Positions 1-6,083 of a stretch of DNA of 11,928 bases are shown here, piece by piece (the stretch's first letter is position 1; every line of letters starts with the position of its first letter). This DNA comes from a virus (Duplodnaviria > Heunggongvirae > Uroviricota > Caudoviricetes): IMG/VR virus record IMGVR_UViG_2585427787_000004, positions 1-11,928 of that record; one strand, written 5' to 3'. The notes beneath the pieces were generated by a model that saw nothing but the letters and a program-made list of their open reading frames with translations, was not told the origin of the DNA and did not search any database. A program made the translations under genes and the position numbers.

Positions 1-556
1 CCCCCTCGCCATCAATATCTTCCGGAAAACGGTCATAATCCGTCAGCGCCACGCATTTATAATCTGATGAGGACATGATATTGACTGACGGCCAGCCGAT
101 TTTCAGGTAGTTACCAGCAAGGAATGTTCTGTCATAAACGTTGTTGTCATTTTTGTTCGGACTCAGGCGACTGACCACTTCCGGGCTGACGCGAAACGTT
201 CTGGCGAGTCGTTTTTTGGAGTGTTCGCGGGCTTTTTCCTCCGTCATCTGAATGATCAGCATATCAGCAGGATCGCAAATCACGTTGTAAATCACCCAGC
301 CGTCAATCAGGCCGATAGTCTTGCCGGTTCGTGCCGGGCCAACAAATATCACTGCGTCGTATTCACGCGAGGCCAGGCAGTTCATCGGCTCAATAACATA
401 CGGTGCCACCAGCGGATCCCACGGGACTGAGTTCCCTGCCCCCATGGGCACCCGCATATACTGAGCAACGGCATCAGCAACCCGCATTCGTCTCGGTGCG
501 CGAAGGATATAACCTGAATCGGTTCGTGCTGCCTTTGCGGTTTCCTGATTCAGCAT
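1..556 (-). CDS. Phage terminase large subunit (lambda gpA-like), N-terminal part only; gene continues past the window start
   Basis: Minus-strand frame opens with ATG at 556..554 (MLNQETAKAARTD...) and stays open to position 1. Translation contains a Walker-A-like P-loop (VIFVGPARTGKTIGLIDGWV) and overall resemblance to the N-terminal ATPase region of lambda gpA. Start overlaps the stop of the upstream small-subunit gene (TAATG), the classic Nu1-A arrangement. Confidence 0.85.
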   Translation of the reverse strand, partial: MLNQETAKAARTDSGYILRAPRRMRVADAVAQYMRVPMGAGNSVPWDPLVAPYVIEPMNCLASREYDAVIFVGPARTGKTIGLIDGWVIYNVICDPADMLIIQMTEEKAREHSKKRLARTFRVSPEVVSRLSPNKNDNNVYDRTFLAGNYLKIGWPSVNIMSSSDYKCVALTDYDRFPEDIDGEG

Positions 557-1050
557 TACTCCTCCTGCTGTAATTCCTCCTCATCATCCGCACCTGCTTC
601 AGTCACCCGCAGGGCTATCTGATCGCGCAGATCATCAATAATGGACTGAACACGGCTCACAGCGGCAGGCTGCAGACCGCAGTCACGTTCCAGAATATCC
701 GGTAATGTCTCCAGCACCTGCACGACCGCTTTTGCCCAGATGGCAAACTCCCGTCTGACATCACTGGCCGAAATGAGTTGTGCCGTTTCCTGTTCGAACT
801 TAAGACGCTCACGTTCAGACTGATACCAGGCTTTGCGCTCATGCGCGTCCATTTCGCCTTCTGCAACCGGCGGTGGCAATGCCAGAAATGCCGACACAAT
901 ATCAACCACCCGATAAAGCTTGAGGTTGCTTTCATGCCCCCCTGCAACGGGTAGATTTTGCAGCCTTGCCGCAGCAGTCTGGCGATGTACACCTGACAGT
1001 GCCGCCAGTTGACTGATATTCAGCGTCAGATTTTTTAACTCTCGATCCAT
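556..1050 (-). CDS. Phage terminase small subunit (Nu1-like)
   Basis: 164-aa ORF from the six-frame track. N-terminal HTH-like segment (LNISQLAALSGVHRQTAAARLQNL) followed by an LYRVVDIVSAF segment parallels lambda Nu1 (KKQLADIFGASIRTIQNW...LYDSAAVIKWY); acidic C-terminus; sits immediately upstream of and overlapping the large subunit. Confidence 0.8.
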   Translation of the reverse strand: MDRELKNLTLNISQLAALSGVHRQTAAARLQNLPVAGGHESNLKLYRVVDIVSAFLALPPPVAEGEMDAHERKAWYQSERERLKFEQETAQLISASDVRREFAIWAKAVVQVLETLPDILERDCGLQPAAVSRVQSIIDDLRDQIALRVTEAGADDEEELQQEE

Positions 1051-1153
1051 ACCCGCTCCAGAATGTTTTAAACATGCATCTCGCGAACAACTTTAGGCAA
1101 ACGGTGTTAGTGATGAACAAAAAACAATCAAAATCGACACCATAAAAATAAAA

Positions 1154-1181
1154 CCACTGTAATATCAATCTATTACAGTGG
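1154..1181 (-). terminator. Perfect 11-bp inverted repeat (CCACTGTAATA-TCAATC-TATTACAGTGG) followed on the minus strand by a T-run; candidate rho-independent terminator or cos-region element
   Basis: Inverted repeat read directly from the sequence; plus-strand 1130-1153 is A-rich, so the minus-strand transcript has a U-tract right after the hairpin. Lies about 105-130 nt upstream of the Nu1-like start. Confidence 0.4.
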
Positions 1182-1632
1182 TGGTGATGACGAATAAAAT
1201 TTTAAAAACTAGCCTTTTTCCGCGACGCTCCCGCCCCGTGGCAGGCCACCCCACCGGAAGGACCCGCACAAATGAGAGCGTTTGTCATTAACATTTACAG
1301 ATAAGATGACGTACATCATTGAAACGCCATTCAGCCATATACCGGCAGCATTCGTAGTTGCACTCCGTAACTCTGCGACTAAGGTTAAAAACATGGCCCT
1401 CTTTTGCCACCGGCAAATCTTCAATGGATTTCCCCTGCCGGTTTTTTATTTTCGTCGATGCATAACATTGCATTTACATCAATAGCGGCTATTGTCATTA
1501 GTATGTTGCATCAATGCATGGGTGGTATTGGCGGTCTTCGCCGGCCGCTTCTGTGTAGCTGCTCCCTGTGACCGGTTTTTTATTTCTCACATTACAGCAA
1601 CCCCTTAGAGTGAAGGGCTGCTGTAATGCCTG

Positions 1633-2028
1633 TTACTCACGAATCAGGCGAGCACTCTTACTATTCATTTCAATACGCGAATACTGCGGTTTACCATCAA
1701 TGATGTCTGTCATTACGAACACCTCACCCGGCTGCAGTTCAACTGCACCTTCCGGTAATTTCATACCGGCAAATACCGGACAACCCGGATGACGATCATC
1801 TTCTGTTGCTTCCAGCATTGACTCACCAAACCACTCCGTCGTGGCGCGACCATCAGCTGCTTTGTAGTGGATCAAGTACTGGTTTTCGCCATCCGCATAC
1901 TGCGCGCGGGCTTTAACCTCACCCCATTCATCACTGATACGCATCTCCACCAGTTGAGACAACTCAAACTTAAACGGAGCAGCATCAGCACCAATTACAA
2001 TCGGTTTGTTTTCTGTTTTTTCCATCAT
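1633..2028 (-). CDS. Hypothetical acidic protein (131 aa), moron-position gene of unknown function
   Basis: ORF-track frame 1633..2076 trimmed to the tandem ATG ATG at 2028/2025, which is preceded by an AGGAGA Shine-Dalgarno (rev. comp. of 2031-2036). Protein is rich in D/E (MMEKTENKPIVIGADAAPFKFELSQLVEMRISDEWGEV...). No family recognised. Confidence 0.6.
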   Translation of the reverse strand: MMEKTENKPIVIGADAAPFKFELSQLVEMRISDEWGEVKARAQYADGENQYLIHYKAADGRATTEWFGESMLEATEDDRHPGCPVFAGMKLPEGAVELQPGEVFVMTDIIDGKPQYSRIEMNSKSARLIRE

Positions 2029-2199
2029 CGTCTCCTGATATCGAAGCCCGTCGCCGCACCGGGCACTGATCAACATTTGAGTATTCGCGGCGACAGAAAG
2101 AATTTATTTTATTGAGTAGCCACAAACACAGAATTTCATGCTTTCCGGACGCTGACGCACCCTTCATTTTTCAGCAAAATATTCTGCTCTTACAGGCGA

Positions 2200-2382
2200 T
2201 CAGTTCTGCAGACACTGCCGAACACCGTCGACAATTTCACAGACCTGAGACGCGGTATCGAAAAGCTGGCGCGCCTTATCCAGGCTGACGCACCCCACCA
2301 ATAAAAAAGGCACCAGTATCGCTACCAGTGCCCGTTTCACCGCCGTTCGCGGCATTCTGTGTGTCCAGTGTTTTCGCGCCAT
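2200..2382 (-). CDS. Small lipoprotein (signal peptide with lipobox LLVGC, roughly 30-aa Cys-containing mature part)
   Basis: Translation MARKHWTHRMPRTAVKRALVAILVPFLLVGCVSLDKARQLFDTASQVCEIVDGVRQCLQN. ATG at 2382 is preceded by GGTGGTGAT; an internal ATG at 2355 is an alternative start. Lipobox L-V-G-C after a hydrophobic stretch. Confidence 0.55.
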   Translation of the reverse strand: MARKHWTHRMPRTAVKRALVAILVPFLLVGCVSLDKARQLFDTASQVCEIVDGVRQCLQN

Positions 2383-2383
2383 A

Positions 2384-2497
2384 TCACCACCAACGCACAG
2401 CCCAAATCAGAACAGCGACCGCCACAAGGCGAATTGCAAAGGCCGCAGCCCTTGTCAAATCAAGGCTCGCGGGAGTTTCCATTTCAATACCTTTCAT
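2384..2497 (-). CDS. 37-aa peptide with C-terminal hydrophobic helix (MKGIEMETPASLDLTRAAAFAIRLVAVAVLIWAVRWW), below the ORF-track size cutoff
   Basis: Hand-translated from the minus strand. ATG at 2497 preceded by GAGGT Shine-Dalgarno at about 8 nt; stop TGA at 2386..2384, one base before the lipoprotein ATG, suggesting a coupled pair. Confidence 0.3.
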   Translation of the reverse strand: MKGIEMETPASLDLTRAAAFAIRLVAVAVLIWAVRWW

Positions 2498-2587
2498 AAT
2501 GGACAACCTCAAAAAGAATCTTTTATACTTTCCCACGAGGATTTTCTCCGTACTCACTAATCACAATTTCCCCTTTGACGTGAAAAC

Positions 2588-2627
2588 TAAAAACCCCGGA
2601 CTGTTCCCCCAGCCGGGGTTTTGTTTT
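2588..2627. terminator. Bidirectional rho-independent terminator hairpin (CCCCGG-A-CTG / CAG-CCGGGG) flanked by A-run and T-run
   Basis: Stem-loop read from sequence 2594-2618 with TTTTGTTTT on the plus side and AAACTAAAAA before it (U-tract for the minus strand). Located immediately 3' of the endolysin stop. Confidence 0.6.
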
Positions 2628-2629
2628 AC

Positions 2630-3007
2630 TTATCGCTTCAGCTGAAAGTGAGGTCCGTCTTTCAGCGTTTTCCAGTCCCCGCCCCATTCGATAGCGATCC
2701 CCAGCTCTGCGGCAGCCTGCTTAAATGCCTGTGCGATTTTCTCGTACAGAGGCCACTCCCATGACACCTGGCTGCCGATGTAGGCCACAACATCCACCGC
2801 ATCACCGGTCAGGTGGCGGCTGTTCATGGTCTGGCTTTTCCCTTCCGCAACCAGCTGTTTCTGGCGATACTTACTGCGCAGGCCTTCCGTAATACCGAAA
2901 TCAACCTCCGTCAGCTCCAGCGCACGGCGAACTACAGCAACCAGCTGTGGTTTGACACCCTCCAGATTTTTTTCACTGCGACGGCTGAATCTGAATTTAC
3001 CCGGCAT
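2630..3007 (-). CDS. Endolysin, peptidase M15 family (zinc D-Ala-D-Ala carboxypeptidase / L-alanyl-D-glutamate peptidase-like)
   Basis: Translation shows the M15 zinc-ligand pattern: SRHLTGDAVDV (H-x6-D) and C-terminal DGPHFQL histidine. The ORF track begins at a GTG (3013); I prefer the ATG at 3007, which has a GAGGTG Shine-Dalgarno about 5 nt upstream and sits 2 nt after the TGA of the preceding gene. Confidence 0.8.
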   Translation of the reverse strand: MPGKFRFSRRSEKNLEGVKPQLVAVVRRALELTEVDFGITEGLRSKYRQKQLVAEGKSQTMNSRHLTGDAVDVVAYIGSQVSWEWPLYEKIAQAFKQAAAELGIAIEWGGDWKTLKDGPHFQLKR

Positions 3008-3009
3008 AT

Positions 3010-3285
3010 TCACCTCAACAATGGAAAGATTTTTGTGACGTTCCCGCGTGCGTGTATCACCAGCACGCAGAACAGCAGGTTAAAAAACACTTCCAGCCAG
3101 CCCGTTGCTAACGGGCGACCACACAGATAGCTGAGGGGCGCAAAGGCATACAGCAGCATCAGCAGCCAGGCCAGCCATGACACCAGCGGTTTATGTCTGG
3201 AATCACGGCGACGATAAAAAAAGAGCGTCAGCACGATAACCGTGCATAACGCCACATTCAGCAATCCGGGAAGGTTACTTAACAT
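3010..3285 (-). CDS. Lysis-cassette membrane protein (91 aa, 2-3 predicted TM helices); possible second holin or antiholin
   Basis: Hydrophobic translation (LLNVALCTVIVLTLFFY...WLAWLLMLLYAFAPL...FFNLLFCVLVIH); ATG at 3285; tightly packed between the putative holin and the endolysin. Confidence 0.5.
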   Translation of the reverse strand: MLSNLPGLLNVALCTVIVLTLFFYRRRDSRHKPLVSWLAWLLMLLYAFAPLSYLCGRPLATGWLEVFFNLLFCVLVIHARGNVTKIFPLLR

Positions 3286-3667
3286 TGCCGCCTACTCCAC
3301 CCCGCAGGCGGGAGAACACACCGGACACCAGCGATGCAATATCCTGCTGGTGGATGAACGAGAGAATCTTCACCGACACCACCGAGACCAGCACCGCGCA
3401 AAGCGCATCTGCTGATGTACCGTCATACCCTGTTTTTGATGCAATCCAGGCTGACAGCACACGCGCTCCCAGCACGCCGACAATAAACGACACCAGAAAA
3501 TGCGCCACCACGCGCCAGACTGAAAGTGACTGCGGCATCGTTGCCACAAATAACGCCCCGGCGAACGCGCCAAACACAATCCCGAAATCCATCCCGGTAA
3601 ACAGCCCGAATACCGTCGCGCCACCCAGCGCCGCAGCCGTGCCGGAACCGGATAAGGGTTCAGACAT
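3275..3667 (-). CDS. Putative holin (130 aa, three hydrophobic segments)
   Basis: ORF-track frame 3275..3718 trimmed to the ATG at 3667, which is preceded by a strong AGGAGG Shine-Dalgarno (rev. comp. of 3671-3676). Three hydrophobic helices and a charged C-terminus; first gene of the lysis cluster upstream of the endolysin. Confidence 0.55.
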   Translation of the reverse strand: MSEPLSGSGTAAALGGATVFGLFTGMDFGIVFGAFAGALFVATMPQSLSVWRVVAHFLVSFIVGVLGARVLSAWIASKTGYDGTSADALCAVLVSVVSVKILSFIHQQDIASLVSGVFSRLRGGVGGNVK

Positions 3668-3755
3668 ACTTCCTCCTGAAAATAAAAAAAGGGCCACCAG
3701 CGACCCGTAAAAAAACACCCCGTCAAAGGCACCCGCAGATGCCTTTTGTGTGATG

Positions 3756-3908
3756 TTATTCAGATTTACGCAGTAAAGGCCGGAGCACGATCAGCGCCAT
3801 CGCCACCAGCACACCATCTGCCAGCACTGACATCAGTCGTCCGGTGAAATCCACCATCACTACCAGAAACAACAGGATGACAGCCAGCACAAGGCGCGCA
3901 CTTTTCAC
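3756..3908 (-). CDS. Possible 50-aa hydrophobic peptide (GTG start) just upstream of the holin; very tentative
   Basis: Hand-translated minus-strand frame: (GTG) KSARLVLAVILLFLVVMVDFTGRLMSVLADGVLVAMALIVLRPLLRKSE, GGAG about 8 nt upstream of the GTG. Below the ORF-track cutoff; no homology recognised. Confidence 0.2.
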   Translation of the reverse strand: MKSARLVLAVILLFLVVMVDFTGRLMSVLADGVLVAMALIVLRPLLRKSE

Positions 3909-4111
3909 AGGTACTGCTCCAGCGGCAACTGCAGCGCCTGCGCAATTTTCTTCAGTTGCGCTTCTTCTTCCTGACCGATACCGTCCTGGTCAGCGATATC
4001 CAGACACAGACACAGCACATTCACAGTATCATCAGTATCTGCAACATCAGTCAGCTGACGAAGGGCTTCAGCATTAGCAGAACGCGGTGGCGCTTCATAA
4101 CGGGCGCGGAT

Positions 4112-4137
4112 ATGAAAAAGGCCCGCCGAAGCGAGCC
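4112..4137 (-). terminator. Candidate rho-independent terminator after the tRNA cluster (GGCUCGC-UUCG-GCGGGCC followed by U-run on the minus strand)
   Basis: Hairpin read from plus 4120-4137 with A-run at 4115-4119 (U-tract on the minus transcript). Confidence 0.45.
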
Positions 4138-4151
4138 TGGAAAAATAAGCG

Positions 4152-4228
4152 TGGCGCGTTGTACTGGATTCGAACCAGTGACCGATTGCTTAGAAGGCAA
4201 TTGCTCTGTCCGGCTGAGCTAACAACGC
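4152..4228 (-). tRNA. tRNA-Arg (anticodon UCU), phage-encoded
   Basis: Reverse complement folds as a cloverleaf: acceptor GCGTTGT/ACAACGC, D-arm GCTC...GAGC, anticodon stem ATTGC/GCAAT with loop CTTCTAA (anticodon TCT), T-arm ACTGG-TTCGAAT-CCAGT, discriminator G, encoded CCA. Confidence 0.85.
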
Positions 4229-4241
4229 AGGGTACAGATAA

Positions 4242-4318
4242 TGGACCGCCATCGAGGACTCGAACCCCGCGCAACCAGCTTCGAAGGCTGGCGCTCTATC
4301 CTGATGAGCTAATGGCGG
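4242..4318 (-). tRNA. tRNA-Arg (anticodon UCG), phage-encoded
   Basis: Reverse complement: acceptor CCGCCAT/ATGGCGG (perfect 7 bp), D-arm GCTC...GAGC, anticodon stem CCAGC/GCTGG with loop CTTCGAA (anticodon TCG), T-loop TTCGAGT, encoded CCA. Confidence 0.8.
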
Positions 4319-4325
4319 TATGTGA

Positions 4326-4401
4326 TGGTGGCCCTTGCTGGATTTGAACCAGCGACCTGGCGATTATGAGTCGCTCGCTCTCACCACTGAGCTAAAGGGC
4401 C
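4326..4401 (-). tRNA. tRNA-Ile2-like (anticodon CAU; sequence resembles the E. coli lysidine-modified AUA-reading tRNA rather than tRNA-Met)
   Basis: Reverse complement GGCCCTTTAGCTCAGTGGTGAGAGCGAGCGACTCATAATCGCCAGGTCGCTGGTTCAAATCCAGCAAGGGCCACCA closely resembles, as I recall it, the chromosomal tRNA-Ile2 (ileX/ileY); anticodon loop CTCATAA. Confidence 0.8.
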
Positions 4402-4450
4402 GGGAGCAGAATAATAATGGTGCGTAATTAATTCTGCAATCTCATCCGTT

Positions 4451-5500
4451 TCAAACGATTAAATCCTGAACTTCCCTGACTGTCTGTTCAAAACGTCCGG
4501 TCTCCAGCTCAACACCAATCGCACAACGCCCCAGTGCCATCGCCGCTTTTACCGTTGAACCTGAACCCATAAAAAAATCTGCAACCAGGTCTCCCGGACG
4601 ACTGCTCGCGTTGATTATCTGCTGCAGCATTTCTGCCGGTTTTTCGCACGGATGTTTCCCTGGATAGTACTGCACCGGTTTATGCGTCCAGACATCGGTG
4701 TACGGAACCTGCGCCGTCACACCGAAATACCGCCGCAAATTTTTATATTCACTCAGCAGTTCCGTATACTGCCGGTTCAGCTCACTGTATGTGCTGACCA
4801 GCTGGTGGTGTGGCTTTTCCAGTTCCCCGCGCTGATGTTTTTCTGCCGCAACACGCGCAAACAACGCCTGCAATTTATTGTAATCACCCTCGTTCGGTAA
4901 CTGCCACTGACTGGCACCAAACCAGTGCGAAGCCATGTTTTTCTTTCCGGTGGCTTCCGCTATCTGTTTTGACGTTATTCCCAGTGATTTACGCGCATCA
5001 CGAAAGTAAGAAATCAGCGGGGCCATGACGTGCTGTTTTAGCTCGCGCCCCTGCTCCACATAGCCATCATCTTTCGGGCGATACGGTCCCTGATAATGTT
5101 CTGCAAACAGAATGCGCTCTGTTGCCGGAAAATACGCCCGCAGACTTTCCTTATTGCACCCGTTCCAGCGTCCGGACGGCTTCGCCCAGATAATGTGGTT
5201 CAGCACATTAAAGCGCTCACGCATCATGATTTCGGTGTCAGATGCCAGGCGATGACCACAGAACAGGTAAAGACTTCCGGCAGGCTTCAGTACCCGCCAG
5301 AACTGCGCCAGACACTGGTCCAGCCATTTCAGGTAATCATCGTCGCCCTCCCACTGGTTATCCCAGCCCTCGGGCTTCACTTTAAAGTATGGCGGGTCTG
5401 TGACTATCAGATCGACAGAGTTTTCCGGTAAGGTCTGGATAAACTCCAGGCAATCAGCGTTGATTAACTCACAACTGGATATTTTTACAGTATTAATCAT
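4451..5500 (-). CDS. DNA methyltransferase, beta-class amino-methyltransferase (probably N6-adenine); no adjacent restriction endonuclease seen
   Basis: 349-aa ORF. N-terminal catalytic motif IV DPPY (LIVTDPPYF) and C-terminal AdoMet motif I FxGxG (DFFMGSGSTVKAAMALGRCAIGVE); the IV-then-I order defines the beta class. Confidence 0.85.
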   Translation of the reverse strand: MINTVKISSCELINADCLEFIQTLPENSVDLIVTDPPYFKVKPEGWDNQWEGDDDYLKWLDQCLAQFWRVLKPAGSLYLFCGHRLASDTEIMMRERFNVLNHIIWAKPSGRWNGCNKESLRAYFPATERILFAEHYQGPYRPKDDGYVEQGRELKQHVMAPLISYFRDARKSLGITSKQIAEATGKKNMASHWFGASQWQLPNEGDYNKLQALFARVAAEKHQRGELEKPHHQLVSTYSELNRQYTELLSEYKNLRRYFGVTAQVPYTDVWTHKPVQYYPGKHPCEKPAEMLQQIINASSRPGDLVADFFMGSGSTVKAAMALGRCAIGVELETGRFEQTVREVQDLIV

Positions 5501-5650
5501 AGATCAATAAGCACTTCTCTGATAGGCTCATACCGCTTTTGCGCAAAGCAGATGGGCCTGAGGTTTGCTTGTGACCCCAACGCATGAGCAGATGGCTGGC
5601 AGGTGCCGCTAACACCCACCAGCCGCCCATTACCACAAATTAAAAAGCCT

Positions 5651-5848
5651 TCACTGCGGAAGGCGTCTGTAACAACCGAACTGATAATCTGCCAGACCCG
5701 CCATAACAAGCTGAGTCAGTATTAACTGGCAGCGTTCGCGTGAAAGGTAAGTATTCTGCGCAATTTCCCCGACGGTCGCCGGTTCGGTGATGCTTAATTC
5801 ATTAAACACCACTCTGGCGGTTTCGGTCATATCCTGCTGTTTTAGCAT
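5651..5848 (-). CDS. Small protein (65 aa) with helix-turn-helix-like segment; hypothetical
   Basis: ORF-track frame 5651..5971 begins at a GTG lying inside the terminator hairpin; trimmed to the first ATG at 5848 (alternative ATG at 5830). Translation MLKQQDMTETARVVFNELSITEPATVGEIAQNTYLSRERCQLILTQLVMAGLADYQFGCYRRLPQ. Confidence 0.4.
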   Translation of the reverse strand: MLKQQDMTETARVVFNELSITEPATVGEIAQNTYLSRERCQLILTQLVMAGLADYQFGCYRRLPQ

Positions 5849-5971
5849 GCCTTTTTCCCTTTTCCGGTTAACGTGACATACCAATACCTCTTGTCGAAAA
5901 AGCCAGCAAGCTGAAAGACCGGCATTCGCAACCACCAGCGCATTTAACGTCCTGTACCGCTTTTCGGGCAC

Positions 5972-5995
5972 AAAAAAACCCGCATAAAGCGGGTT
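5972..5995 (-). terminator. Rho-independent terminator immediately downstream of the Q-type gene (candidate tR')
   Basis: Stem AACCCGC-ATAAA-GCGGGTT (5977-5995) with A7 run on the plus strand at 5972-5978, i.e. a U-tract after the hairpin on the minus transcript. Confidence 0.6.
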
Positions 5996-6054
5996 CTTTC
6001 AGGTGTCCATGTCTGCTATTCGCCTCGCGGTATAGCTTTGCGAAGCGTAGCTGG

Positions 6055-6083
6055 ATTGAAACAGTTTATGCGTAAAAAATCAA
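6055..6083 (-). promoter_or_regulatory. Candidate late promoter (pR'-like): -35 TTGATT, 17-nt spacer containing TG, -10 TTCAAT on the minus strand
   Basis: Hexamers read from the reverse complement of 6055-6083; the position between the Q-type gene stop and the terminator matches the lambdoid pR'/qut-tR' arrangement. Hexamer match is weak, so this is positional inference. Confidence 0.3.

Noticed and set aside
657-1168. ORF-track frames 657..992 and 932..1168 on the minus strand
   Set aside because: They overlap the Nu1-like terminase small-subunit gene in alternative frames, have Cys/Arg-rich low-complexity translations and no independent start context; treated as shadow ORFs.
1209-1485. 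Three overlapping small ORFs (1209..1424 minus, 1288..1473 minus, 1282..1485 plus, the last with a TTG start) in the terminase-upstream gap
   Set aside because: Mutually overlapping, poor start contexts, and located in what looks like the non-coding cos/regulatory region; none is convincing as a gene, though a small protein here cannot be excluded.
2200-2382. Lipoprotein as an Rz1-type o-spanin
   Set aside because: o-spanin genes are normally embedded in or overlap an i-spanin gene encoding a periplasmic coiled-coil protein; here the upstream partner is only a 37-aa peptide, the mature lipoprotein is not proline-rich, and a terminator separates it from the endolysin.
3285-3732. ORF-track frames 3285..3710 (plus) and 3370..3732 (minus) overlapping the putative holin
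   Set aside because: Alternative-frame or antisense overlaps of the holin gene with proline/arginine-rich or Cys/Trp-rich translations; the holin frame has the strong AGGAGG RBS.
3844-4347. Plus-strand ORFs 3844..4077, 3956..4222 and 4087..4347
   Set aside because: They run antisense across the tRNA genes and the terminator hairpin; tRNA cloverleaves explain this sequence better than coding.
4652-5431. Plus-strand ORFs 4652..4900, 4810..5028 and 5096..5431
   Set aside because: Antisense to the well-supported methyltransferase CDS; shadow ORFs.
5497-5709. 70-aa minus-strand ORF (MLWRVWQIISS...) overlapping the methyltransferase start
   Set aside because: Low-complexity translation, overlaps both neighbours, no RBS noted; may instead reflect a frameshift relative to the 5651..5848 ORF, which I could not resolve without homologs.
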